A DNA stretch of 48,621 nucleotides, from contig MQRK01180138.1 of NCBI GenBank assembly GCA_001938485.1, forward strand, positions 3,534 through 52,154. The letters are read 5' to 3'. This DNA comes from Girardia tigrina (taxonomy: Eukaryota). Positions within the stretch are counted from its first letter, which is position 1, and every line of letters begins with the position of its first letter. Shown here piece after piece: positions 12,911 to 26,214 of the stretch. The position numbers and the translations under genes were made by a program. Below the pieces are notes generated by a model, which saw only the letters and a program-made list of their open reading frames with translations, was not told the origin of the DNA and did not search any database.

Positions 12911-14705
12911 CAGGGTATGCTTTCGCTAATGTTAATGTTAAATTGAAGTTTAGGGTCTTTATATTGTATATTGACTAATAAAATTTTTTAAAAATCTAGC
13001 ATCATATAACAAATTACGTAAAAAAGTTTTTCAAAAAAATTTGGAAAAACAAGTTAAATAATGACTCATTTTATAGATTATTCAATTTTGAACAACTTTT
13101 TTGAAGTAAACATATACCGTACAATGAACTGTAACAAAGTTATTCAATAAAAACAATATTTATTAATATAAAAGATTTTCAAAGTGAGATCCTTCTGAAA
13201 CAATTACATTTCTTAATCGTTGCTCAAAGTTGTTTACAACTCTTTTTAACATTTCAGGAGTGATCTCTCGAATCCTGGCTTCAATTAGATTTTTTAAATC
13301 TTCCAAATTATGCACTGGAGTTCTATAAATATCATCCTTTTTGAATCCCCAAAGAATATAATTGCATGGATTCAAATTATGTGAATACGGAGGCCAACAT
13401 ATTCCTTTACCAGCAAATTTCTCTGAATCCAATCCAATTATTCAACCATCGAAATGTTCTGAAAGATAATTGAATACTTCACAGGTTCTATGCGGTCTAG
13501 CATCATTTTGCATGAAATAAAAGTCACTTATTTTTCCCAAACCATACAAATAAGTTACCACTTGTTCTTGAAGAATGTTTAAATAAACCGTTGATTTAAT
13601 ATTTTCAGAAAAGATAATCGGTCCAATAATCATTTCTAAAGATATATCACACCAGACAGTTAATCTTTTCGGATGCAAGGGTTTAATAATGGAATAATGG
13701 GGATTTTCTGATCCCCAAATTATACAATTTTGCTTATTAACGTATCCTTCCATTTGAAAGTGGTCTTCATCTGAAAATAAAATCTTTCCGAAATCAATAT
13801 CGTTATTTTCCGCCATTGTCAACATTTGATTTACAAATTCCAAACGTCTTTCACCAGAAAGTTGATTTATGGGTTGATTGGTTTGTATCTTGTATGGAAA
13901 TAACGATAACTCTTTCTTGATAATTTTTTGTACCGATGATTTCATGATGTACAGTTGCTTGCTAGGCATTCTAATCGATGTTGAAGGGCTTTGCTTGATC
14001 AATTCCTCAACTTGTTTAACATTTTCTTCGACAATAACCGTATTTTTCTTCGTTTGCATCCCTTCTTGATCGTCCATTACTCTACCAGTAGTCATAAGTT
14101 TGTCAAATACTCTAAAATAATGATAAAAATATTTTAATTCATTTTAAATGCTTTTACTAACCTTTTAATTGTCTTTAGATCTATATTATGGTGATTTCCA
14201 AACTTTTTCTTGAATAATTTAACCGCTTCTGATGGAATTCGTATCCCGATAAAATAAAATCATAAAACATCGTTGTTCTGTAGAATATCTGTTCATTTTC
14301 GCTGAATAAAGATGAAACTTGAGCACTGTCGAAACTAAAACACACTCTAAATAAACAATATGGATTTTAACGATCAAATTTTAATTACAAATTGATCAAT
14401 TTATTGTTTTAATTGATGAAATTAATTTAAATATTGATAAATCAAAATTTTTAAAAGTTATAATTTATTGAATAACTTTGTTACTGATCATTTTAGGGCA
14501 TATGTTTACTTCAAAAAAGTTGTTTAAAATTGAATAATCTATAAAATGAGTCATTATTTAACTTGTTTTTCCAAATTTTTTTTTGAAAAACTGTTACGTA
14601 AATTGTTATATGATGCTAGATTTTTAAAAAAAAATTATTAGTTAATATACAATATATAGACCCTAAACTTCAATTTAACATCAAAATAAATGAAGACATA
14701 CCCTG
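12911..14705 (-). mobile_element. Full-length Tc1/mariner element (~1.8 kb) with ~240-bp long TIRs; DD41D-related pseudo-transposase at about 13163-14296
   Basis: Termini TA|CAGGGT...ACCCTG; 12911-13151 is the reverse complement of about 14464-14705; MNRYSTEQRCF start; ILFSDEDHFQMEGYVNKQNC, FMQNDARPH and WPPYSHNLNPCNYILWG motifs. Confidence 0.96.
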
Positions 14706-15539
14706 TGAGACACCTTGTATGTCCAAAATAACATCAGAAACTATTCAACAGATTACAACAAAACTTTTGGAAATTATTATAGACATCCCAGGGAAGGTTT
14801 CAGCAAAATAAAATTTTAATAATAATTTTATTTTTTTTAAATTTAATAATAATTTATAAAATGTAATAAAAATGCATGTACTATTCGACAATAATTTGCT
14901 TTACCTATTTAAATAAGTATTAAAATTGTAAGACTTGAAAAGTTAGATTTCTTAGAATTCATCGCACTCAAAAAGTTTGAGCTTGGCCTAGAAGCACCAA
15001 GCGAATCTGAATACGGGTGAATATCAGAATTTGTCGCTAAAGTTTCACTGTCTTTCCTCAGAAAAATGGCTACGCGTTGTATACGAAATATACAAAAAAA
15101 ACATTATTTGAAAAATAAGAAATTTTCCTCAAATAAGACCTTTACTCTATATATTATAAATAGATTTTAAAAGTTATCATTGTCTTAAAACTTTGTTGAA
15201 AAAGATTTTTACTGATGTGATTTAATTTACAAGAGACGCAAAAGAATGGAAATTTATGGTCACGTATGATATTAAGTCGGTGGACTTCAAAATTTCAATT
15301 ATTTTTGTTGTTGGGCTGGTGATATTCTAAGATATTCAGTTTAGAACCAGTTAATAAAATCTTTTTACTTTAGTATGCTTCTAATTTTTCTTAGGAAAGT
15401 GAGGTTGTAACAAAGAGCAGATGTTATTAATGGAACAAAAAACATGTTTTCAAGTAGAGAATGTTAAACAAAACAATGATATATTGAAGACATCTCAGAT
15501 CCATTGGCGTAGAGGTTAAATTTGGGGGGTAATTAAATG

Positions 15540-16010
15540 CATCGTTATAAAGTAGAGAACTTTCACAATCCACTGAAAAGGATACATCCTTCCATGGTAC
15601 TTGAAATGAAGACTTTCACAATTTAAACCCATGAAAAAATTAATATGTCCCAAAATTCTTTGTAATCATATTGGAAAATGTTGATTTTTAGTGTTTTCGA
15701 AGTAATTATAAATAATTTATCTTTAAGAGAAAGAAGAGAATGAATCACTTGATCATTCACTCATATCCGAAAATTGTTTCGATCTTTTTTGTTTCAGTGC
15801 AGTTGAAATTGCTTGAAGGGAGATATTTCTGAACACATATTGTATCATAGTACACGTTAAGGTCTCATCAAACACCAATTTCATTATGCGATGCCTGCAT
15901 GGAATACATGTATCATGTTTCTTGTAAATTATTCTTCAAGACAACAGCAACTTCTGAATGTCAAAAGACATTCCAACAACCTGATCAATGACAGCATGGA
16001 TATCTAGCTG
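15540..16010 (-). mobile_element. hAT-type DDE transposase remnant
   Basis: QVVGMSFD and YIPCRHRIMKLV (CRHH/CxxH insertion-domain signature), then a W..KVLYF segment; heavily frameshifted. Confidence 0.55.
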
Positions 16011-16369
16011 CTTCAAAAATACACTAAACAATTTATTTTGAAAATCTTTTTCTTTTAATTGCAGAATGCTTTTCCTCGTTGTGCTCTAAAAGTCATTTTT
16101 AAATTAAAGTAAATTTATGCGCTGAAATGTAAAACAAAACAAGCAACTTTAGTCGATTTACGTGTTCAAAAGGTTAAAGTTGAAAATTTTGAAATTTTGA
16201 AATCTCTTTTAAAAATTCATTTTCATCAAAATACTAAACCGTATTATTATTATTAAATTATAACGTTTTTACAATTAAATTGAACTTTCACAAAAAGTTC
16301 AAAGTTTTTTTTGGAGAGAATGATCGAATAAATAAAAAAAGAAAGATTATCTATGATGGTTTGGTCGCA

Positions 16370-16463
16370 GGACACTTAATCCAGAGACAGTTAATCTCGG
16401 TACAGTTAATCCCGAATACTTAATACCGAAGTTCAATTTCATTTTGCGAAAGTTCAATTTCAT
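16370..16463 (+). repeat. Four ~15-bp tandem units (gACAcTTAATccnGa) plus a duplicated 17-mer; probable MULE subterminal array
   Basis: gacacttaatccaga/gacagttaatctcgg/tacagttaatcccga/atacttaataccga, then aagttcaatttcatt twice. Confidence 0.7.
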
Positions 16464-16923
16464 TGTAAAAATGCTACAATAACATATTACTCTAGAATTT
16501 CCAATAATCCCGTGGTGGATTATTCTATTTTTTTAAAAAAAAGTTGGAAAAACAAGGACATGGAAGATTATTAGAAATTTTAAAAAATCATAAACGTTTT
16601 TAGAAAATCAAATTTATTCATCAATAATATATTAATAATTAAAAAGGGATTTGATATTTTAACGATTCAAGTTCATTAGTTGACAAACTAAAACTCTTCC
16701 CAAATAACACAATAACAATCAATTTTAAATCATATTAGACAATAAATTTTATTCAAAAAATTTTCAGCGTGGGGATATATTAGATGTTTTAGAGTATTTC
16801 CATAACCATAAATATTAATAATAATATATTAATAAATGATTTTGAGAAATGTTTCAGTTTCTTTCGAACATTAAGCCTTTGGCTTTTATTTAAATTGTGC
16901 ACAAAGTATATGTACTATTCAAT

Positions 16924-17575
16924 GGGTTTAGAGAAAATTCATCGAAACATATTCATTGAAAGAAATCTTCATCCGAAAACTAATTCATTGAAAAAAATGA
17001 CAGTTTTTTTCTTGTCAACAATATCTTTTCAATGAACAAGTTGATTGAAGATATGGTGGGGCGTTTATGGGTACCTCTGGAATTACATTATGGGTGATTG
17101 TACCAGGAGTTTTGGATGTTTCTCTGGCTGCTTTTTTAATGTTTTAATTTGTTTGAAGCATGGTACTTCTAACTGTAGAACCAGGATGATCATGATGAGT
17201 TTCTTTGATAATATCTCCTTCCTACTGTGTAATGAGACGCGCAGGACAACCAGTAACTTCACATCTCCAAAATATTTTCGTAAAAATAGATTTGTTTTGT
17301 TATTGTAGAAATAACCCATATATGACAATTTCTTTTTTCCTCTTTCAGTACCTAAAAATTCAATGTTATGAATTTCTATTGTAAGACCTAAAAACTATTA
17401 AAATGTTCATACAGATATCAATAGATTAGAACTTTCCAGAATAACTTTTAAAAAGTTTATTCTAAAATAATATTTAAATATTTTTTTTCATTTATTCGAT
17501 GGTTTTTTTCGATGAATATGTTCTTTGATGAAAGTGCTTTCGATAAATATGATTTCTATGAATGTGTCTAATCCC
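16924..17575 (-). mobile_element. Non-autonomous Mutator-like element (~650 bp) retaining a FLYWCH zinc-finger fragment
   Basis: GGG...CCC termini with ~70-bp imperfect TIRs built of ttcatcgaaa repeats; 8-9-bp TSD (c)tattcaat/(c)tattcgat; internal TERGKKKLSYMGYFY...IFWRCEVTGCPARL...HHDHP. Confidence 0.85.
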
Positions 17576-18897
17576 TATTCGATGAAAACACGGCGTTTTT
17601 TCTAGCTAAGATGACTGGGCTTATTTTCAGGAGATGTCTAACGGAAAGGATAAACAAGGTACTCACAGAAAGTAAGATATTAAAAAGTGAATACGAAAAA
17701 TTCAATTTGAAAATTTGATATTCTGGAAATTCTCTAAATTTTGTTTAATATAAATACGTATGCGGACAAAAATATCTTTTTCATGAAAACAAATTGCATT
17801 TTATTTCACTATTTCTTTGTAATAGAGCTTTGCTTTTAATTAAAAAAATTGAAAAACTTTTAAGCTGAAGGAAATATAGATAGGAAATAGAATTGATAAA
17901 TTCTCAACAGACATTAATTCATCAAGCAATAGTTCTTGCCAGCTTCAGGCGTTAAAATTTTTTGTCTTTATATTTTTGACTAATTAATATCGTTGGCTTT
18001 CATTTCCTGTGGAATTACTTGTTAATCCATATTACTTTGCCGCTCTCTTTGATAATGTTTCACCACCAACCAATTATTCTAATATTTGTAATAGAAATAA
18101 TCATAACTTATTAATAAATAAATAAATAAAATAATTATCAAATAAATTTTTTTAAAATTACACATTGAAAAAGTATTTCGAGAAAGCAAAATGTTTCATT
18201 TAAACTGCCCAAAAGTAGCGGTTATAATCCACATCCATTTGAATCTTTTAAAGTTTAAACATCCTCCCCAAAATCATTCTTTTACGTGTCGGAGATGGAT
18301 TCTAGCCTAAATTTACCTAATTTTAGAATATCAAACGAGGTTCTGAAGCTCAATCTCTTTGGTAAATCTTTCTCTTTAAAAAATAACCATCTATAAACTA
18401 AAAAATAAATCTTTATAAAGATTTATTCATGACTAATCTTAAGTTATGATTACGATTTTTGTATGACCCCTTTTTGTAAGACCCCCTTTATACTTTTTTG
18501 TGAACGGAAAACCTAAAATTACTGATGCGTTTTCTTCTTTTATCGTAATCATTTGATAATTGAAAATTGAAACAATAATTTACTATGTTTTATGCAGATT
18601 CCAAGGATCCAAAAAGTGCTAGTCAGTTAAAATATGATTCTTATTGACAAAATAACTTTAAATATGTTAATATTTTGTAGAGAAATGTCAAAAAATGTCC
18701 AAAGTCATGTTTTTTTGGTTGCTAAAATTATGTATAATGCAGATCAAAATGTTTGTGTGAACAAACTTTCTCTATCACGAGTTCAAGGATCATGTCCGAA
18801 TAACGGTTAAAGATTTAGATACAACAATAAAAATGTACCATAAGTACTTTCGGACAAGATTTAGAAAATTTAATCTTATTTAATAATTATTTTTAAT

Positions 18898-19389
18898 TTA
18901 AAATTCAGAAACATCAACAAATTCAACATTTATGTTTATGTTTTCCTTCAACTTACAACCCTTTCTGTATTCTGCAATATTACTCCCATCTACATTCCGA
19001 CCATGTTCTTGGAATCTCTTACAAAGATGGCGGGACGTCTCTCCAATGTATGTGGCATTACACCAATTACATGTAAATTTATATAGAAGATCCGAAGATA
19101 ATCCAAATGGGGTTGGAGATTTATTACAAAACACATTTTGGATTTTATATGTTTGTGATATTATTTTTAAATTAAATTTTTTAAAATAAAATCATTTATG
19201 TTTATGTTTTCATTCGACTTACAACCCTTTCTGTATTCTGCAATATTATTCCCATCTACATTCCGACCATGTTCTTGGATTCTCTTACAAAGGTAAGTGG
19301 GACTAATATTGCAGAACACAGAAAGGGTTGTAAGTCGAATGAAAACATAAACATAAATGATTTTATTTTAAAAATTTTAATTTAAAAAT
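18898..19389 (-). mobile_element. Penelope-like GIY-YIG remnant with direct and inverted partial duplications
   Basis: LLYKFTCNWCNATYIGETSRHLCKRFQEH; about 18927-19026 is repeated at about 19193-19292; 19163-19254 is inverted at 19298-19389. Confidence 0.92.
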
Positions 19390-20339
19390 TCAACATTTGT
19401 ATGATATTTTACAGTCCTAAAATTGACAAAAAATCCCTGTAATTACACTTTCATAATATGTTTATGTATCTTATTTTAAAAAATGTTATTTCATTAAAAA
19501 CTTTTGGTTTTTTCCAAAGAGTCTTCACTAATTGTACCTCATCAGAGAACAAACTAAACTTTCCTTCCTCCTTCGTGGTGTCTAAGAATAGAAATGTTTA
19601 CTCTGCGGCTCGCATTGGTCATATGTGACTGATTTTTTACGAGATCACTTGTTAAAAAATGTCTAGGTAGATCGATCCAATCTTTACCAAATATTTAATA
19701 GGAATTAATTAATAGGAATTTAATGGGAACCATTTCTTGGATCTACATTGATTTTATAATATAATCCGAAATAATATAATTATCAAATATGCCTATATAA
19801 CAGAGATGTTTACGAAGCGTTGCATAGATACTTTTATGCTAGGAAATTATTTAACATTACCTTGAAAACCTAAATTTTTATAATAAAGGAAAGTTATGAT
19901 TGAGAAGTCTTGTTTTTTTGAAGCAAATGAAGCATAACTCATTAAATAAAATTGATGTTTAGTATCAATCGCATATTCAACATGATTAAAGTTTCCTTAC
20001 CACAGAAAATTATAAATCAAGAGTTTTTTATTTTCTTTACAAGTACATTTATTGAACACTGTTGTGTACCACAACATTTTAACAACAAAAACACAAAAAT
20101 CTAATCTTCTTTCTATGTATATTTTTATCGTGTTAAATTAAAAATTTTTTTCCAATGTAGAAAAGTTTATTTTTTATGTAAAAGTTATTTTGCAATGATA
20201 AAAATTATTTTATAATGTATAAAAAGATCATGTTAAAAATAATATTGTTTTAGTGATTTAATTAAATAAAAATTTCAAAATGCCTAGTCGGCTTATTATT
20301 TAAAATTCAAAAATTTTCGTTATTAAATCAAAATAAATT

Positions 20340-20989
20340 TTGAAAATGGTAACCACAAATAACAATCCCAATCCGCAAAAATCATTCACGAATCTCAGCA
20401 AATCTATCTGCTCCATCGGAATTCCACCGATTTTTTCCGAGAACAAAAATCCAAAAGATTCCTCTTTTAACGTCGCCACTCCTCGTCAATCGTTGTTTCA
20501 AAAAATACTCAGTTTCCACGACGATCAGAAATGACAAGCGCGTCAAATAATAGACAGTCGGGAACAAAAATTGTCCGACGAACAAACCATATCGAAATCG
20601 CGCAAATTGCGCTCGAAATCATCGAATTTGCACGAAGAAAGTCGATCGACAAACACCTTGCGTATTCATATAATTCTTCGATTTTTTCGTCTGCTGTCCC
20701 TTGCTCGAATAAATCGATCGCGGATTCCAATTGTGTGAAGAAACCGCAATTGTCACCGCCGAAAATCTGCGTGAAGTCGTCGGAGGTAATCGATAAAAAA
20801 TCGATATTGCATGATGATGAAATTTTGTCCGCACTGATAGAGAGTGCCACGGACGCTCAACGAGCAGAACGGTCGACCCGGCGACTAGTCAAACCGACTT
20901 TTATATCGGTTATTATTACCCCCAGGACGGCTCTAATTGAGTCATTACACCGATCTAGATTTATAATTAATAAACACTGTTTTTATTAA
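20340..20989 (+). other. CpG-rich island with two overlapping + strand ORFs (64 aa and 152 aa) of unknown function
   Basis: Sharp GC/CpG increase over flanks; ORFs 20340-20534 and 20531-20989; no recognisable domain; a competing 113-aa minus ORF exists. Confidence 0.4.
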
Positions 20990-23988
20990 GTGATAAAAAT
21001 GCAATTTTTTCTTTACCATGCTTATATCAACTCTTCATCTATATGTGTATTTACTAAAAATCTTGCAAACAATTTTTCAATAATTTACTTAGTCAGATTG
21101 AGCTGAAATTTAGTGTAGTTTCGAAATCCTATTTCGACTTTTCATATTTTTATTAACATAAAAAGGTTGATGATCCTCAAGAAAATCTTTGTCGAAGCTT
21201 TCATATGATTGCATTCTAACTAATTGATTTATGACTTTCATCTTATTATTTTTAGCAAATGGTCATATAACTAATTTTTTAAAATATTTATTCAAAACTT
21301 AAGGGATAAAAATTAAAATGATTATTAATTATTTAAAAAAATATAATTTTAATTTATTTATTAAAAATTGTAAATAAAATTAATTAACTTATTTAAAATT
21401 TTACAATTATTTTAAATTAGAAATAAATTTAAACATTACATTTTTAGAAAATAAAAATTAAAATATTAATCATCAATCTGGGTAGGAGAGACAATTCCAA
21501 ATCAACATACAACATTAAAACACAAAGCATCAAACATTCAAGATATGCCTCACACTACCCTTTCTAATAATTGTACTGTAAGAAAAAACATTTTAAAAAT
21601 TGTTTTAGGTGCAGAAACTCAATAGATTAAACTATCCGAAACATCACTGAACTATTCGGTTTATAATTTTCGAGGCGGACTAAATAGTTTACAGTATATC
21701 TAAGCGGCCAGTTATATTTTATTTCAACTGGATCGATCAAACAACTCGACGAGACGAATTCTGTAAATCAATAAAGATCCGTCCATTTTGGAACAGCATT
21801 TCAAATAAGACTCTGATCTTCAAAAATACCGCAGAATTCCGTTCAGAGAATTTTATATTCGACCTTCATGGTTTCATCTGTTTTCTCACAAGAATAAATT
21901 ACATAAGCGTGGTTTTTTAACAATGTTTTAAGTCGTATGCTTGAAATTAATCGTATTATTTTATATTATCAGTTTATCTTTTTATGAAAAAAGATAAAAT
22001 TTATATAATTTACCAAAAATTTATGATCACTAAATCGAAACAAATGTTTTAGCAACAAATAAAGTGATAGTAAATCGCATAATCATAAAATAAGTCAATA
22101 AATCAATTTCAAAAAAACGTGTTTGTTTAAACGCATCAATAATGTCCTTGGAAAATAAATGCATATTTAAATCATATATAAAGAAATTGTTTTATAATTT
22201 TCTATGTAATAAAATCTATTTCAATTTTTCTCATCAAAAACGTATTCAAAAAATTTAAATGCTTTTAGTGAAAATCTTGTTGACATTTATAGCGAAAGGT
22301 GATTTTGATTTTTTTGAAATAAATTTTAATTTATAAATTAATTTTTTCATTTTTTTGAAACATTCGTTTTTTAAAAAAAATAAAATAAATATTGAAAAAA
22401 ATATTAAAAATATTTTTAAAATTTTTAAAATTATTTCTTTATGTTTTTTTTAAATTTAAAAATTAAACAATGCCGTATATTATTTTTTCGGAATAAAATA
22501 TATACTATAGTTGTTGATTCCAACATTTTGGTTGGTAAAATATTTTTGATTATTTTTTTAAAAATTCTAAAATGCAATACAAATTGTTTGACCAAATGAC
22601 CAAAATAAGTTTGTTGTAAGATGAGTTTGATATTGAATATTAACATGGCATCGTTTGGTTTATTTTTTTGAGAAAACTTATAGAAGAAAAAAGTCGATTA
22701 TTTAATTGAATTTTTTAAAACAAATTTCACATAATATGTATAAACGATTTTATTAATATTTTATTATTATTTTTAGAATGACTAATAAATCCTCTATTTT
22801 ACAGTTATTATTAGATTTACTTTTAACTATAATTAATAAATTTATTGATATCAAATGATATTCAGACAAAATTGTTTTTTTTAAGAATTTATGATATTTG
22901 ATACTAATAATTTCTGTTTAATATTACTGTAAAATATAAAGCGATGAGTAGTGTTTATTATTATTAATAATAATATAACATCATAAAATTTACCTATATT
23001 CTTTTAGTGATAAAAAATTGTATAAATTTATACCTTAATTTATTTTTTAGCTTGGTGATTGAGAAAAGAAAAATATTTCTCGATATTTTTATGATATTTA
23101 AAAATATTAACGAATTTTTCATCATTATAATTTTTGTAAATTATAATTTTTCTATATCGTTAATCGAAGAATGGAATTGCAGTATTAGAAACTATAAAGT
23201 AAATTACAAAGTCTAAATAAAATATTAATAATTAAAATAATTATCATTGTTTTTGCAACTTCAATATCATTAAAAAACAAAATCTGTTTTGAAACTATAA
23301 TCTATCATGATAATTCTGACATAAATCAAAAGAATTAGAAATGTTCATAGGAAAGAATGAAGATATTTTTATCATCTTGTCTATACTCTCATTTTTGTAT
23401 TTTTGCTGATGTCGTTTATTTATTTAAATAGCAAATTATCTTTTAAAATTATAATTACAGTTTTTGCAATGGGTATTGTTTGAAGAGAATTTACATATAC
23501 CACATGTCAACTTATATAATTATGACTTTAATACACTTCTTTCAAGAGACAAACTCATCTAGAATTTAAGAACTGTTGATTCAACAAATATTGTAGATAT
23601 ATATCATTATAAAATGGCTTTAAGTAAAAAGATGGATTATGTGTACAACTTTTAACAGCCATGGGTAATTGTTATCCGAAGCACTGTCAAGAGAATATTA
23701 TACTATGAAGTTTCTTTTCAATGATCTATCATTTTGATCAAAACAATATCAAAGTAAAACATGTTAAATTTGCTAGTTTGGTTTTATTTGGATTAGATAA
23801 ATCTTATATCGGTTTCTATGTGTACTAATAACAAATGTAAATGATCCTTTAAACGATTCGGAATCAGATTTTTTTCTGTAATCATCCTTAAAAATGAAAA
23901 TATTAATAATAAAGTATTCTTAATTTCTAATTATTTGAATAAACATTCAATCATAACTCAGTATACATTTTTTAATTTACTTCGACTG

Positions 23989-24205
23989 TGTTAGAAGACA
24001 AAAGATATGCACTAAAATATATTTAAATAAACTAAATCACAAACGCACATACATCAGTTATATACAGAATAAATGGAGAGTCAAAGGTTACGTCTTTCTC
24101 TCGACCACGTAATAGTTATATAATACAAATTTAGAATTATTCTAAATTTGTTGATTGTGTAATATTTTATTTAATTAATTTAAATTTATTCTATAATATC
24201 TCACA
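23989..24205 (-). repeat. 3' LTR (217 bp, TG...CA)
   Basis: Matches 26215-26431 with scattered substitutions. Confidence 0.95.
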
Positions 24206-26214
24206 TACCCCTCGTTTAAAAGGTTTCAACCACTCTATATTCCTCATCAATATTTTCCCGTTTTTGTCTTGTAATTCATAGCTTCTATCATGTCGCTTTT
24301 TATGAATTTTCATCGGCCCCTCGTAACGGTTATCATCTTTATTACTTCTGGTTTCAACTTTTACTAGAACATGTTCTCCAACATTAAATCCTCTATTTCC
24401 CCGTTTAATATTATCATATGCAATTTTATTTTGATTCTGTCTAACGGTATTTAAAATATCTTCACGATTTCTTCCTATCTCTTTATTATTATTCCTATTT
24501 ATCGGGAAACCAAATACGACTTCTGCTGGACTCATTCCGATTGACTTTTGTGTTGTGGTATTTAAGGAACATTCAACTTCTGGCAATAAGTCGACCAAAG
24601 TTCTTCCATTTTTATCTTTTAAAGAAGAATATATAAAATCTCGAATTGTCCTAAATTGTCTTTCGATTAGCCCATTGGTGTTGTGATGATATGGGCTTGA
24701 ATATTGAATCTGAATTTTATGCGTTCTGCTAGCTCCTTCATAACTTTGAATTAGAAGGATTTTCCACAATCTAAATACATTACTCGAGGTGCACCATATT
24801 TTAATATCCATCGATTCAAAAGTATATCAGCAGTTGTCTTTTCATTTTGTTTGGCCACAGCATTTAAAGAAATATTGATATAGAATATCGATATATTGAT
24901 ATAATATTGATATATTGAATATCGACTAAATTGATCTATAATAGCTAAAATATACTTTTTTCCTTGAAATGTCTGTTTGAATGGTTCACAAAAATCGAGT
25001 AATATTGACTCAAATGAAAAGTTAGTGTTTTGCTTAATTACAGTTTCTTTTGATCTCGTAGTCATTACATTACGTTTTTGACAGGTCTCACAAAATTCTA
25101 CAATTTGTTTTGTAAATTCATATATTTTCAACATATCAAAATTAAGTCGAATATAATCATAAACTTTTTTAAATCCAGCCTGGCATAATAATTCATGGGT
25201 TTCAATAATGAACTGACTCCGTTTGTTATATGGTATCCATATTTTACCCTCAGTTTTGAGAATAACATCGTTTTCTATCTGAAAACTTCTCGTATTTTGT
25301 TTTTTCCACATTTTCTTTGATTTTTTTGATTTCTCCATCATTTCGTTGCCATTTATCACCATTGGATTCTGTCATCAGAGCTAATATTTTAGTCTTTAAC
25401 TTACCTTTTTGTGCTTCTTCATGATTCATTTCGCACTGCGAGCAATTTTCCCATTTGCTACGTGATAAATAATCTGCATTGATTCCTTTTCTATACTGCA
25501 TATTGACGTCCAAACTGCTTAAATAATTGATCCATGTTTGGAATTGAGATGTAATCGGTTTCTTAATTGTAAGCATGAATGTTATTACTTTATGATCCGT
25601 CCTAAGAGTAAATCTCTTACCATATAAATAGTGCTTGAAATGTTGAGTAAAATAATAATTAGCCAGTAACTCTTTCCTAGTTACACAGTATCCTATCTCC
25701 TGTTTGCTCATTGAATGTGAGCCATAGGTAATCACTCTTTCATTTCCAAAAGCGTCTTCTTGCGATAGAACAGCTCCATTGGAATCAAAACTTGCATCAG
25801 TATCTAAAATAAATTCCTTCTCAAAATTAGGATAAGCTTGGACTGGTGTCTTCGATAACGCTTCTTTCACTTTCATAAACGCATCATTACATGTTTCTGT
25901 CCATATCAGTTTGTCCTTGTTAAGCCCACATAAACCTTCTAAATTTTTTGAATATTTAGAATAATACTTGATAAACTTACGACAATAATTGCATAATCCT
26001 AGAAAACTTCTTAAGTTTTTTAAACATTTCGGTTTCTCATAATTAATTATTGATTCAATCTTACTTTCATCTACCTTTATATGATTTATTTGATTTATTC
26101 TTAATCCTGCATTTCCTATTTTCTGAAAAATTTTATCTAAACGTTGAAAATGTTCCTCTAAAGTTTTGAATGCTTCCGGAATCATATGATTAAGGAAATT
26201 TTCGTAGGTCACCA

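Noticed and set aside
16370-16463. CRISPR-like array
   Set aside because: Units are contiguous with no unique spacers, there are no cas genes, and the context is eukaryotic.
21600-21900. Merlin/IS1595-like transposase scraps
   Set aside because: Only faint motif resemblance on inconsistent strands; not supportable without a search.
22431-23216. Short F/I/K/N-rich ORFs (also 32439, 35905, 41618)
   Set aside because: Compositional artefacts of very AT-rich DNA.
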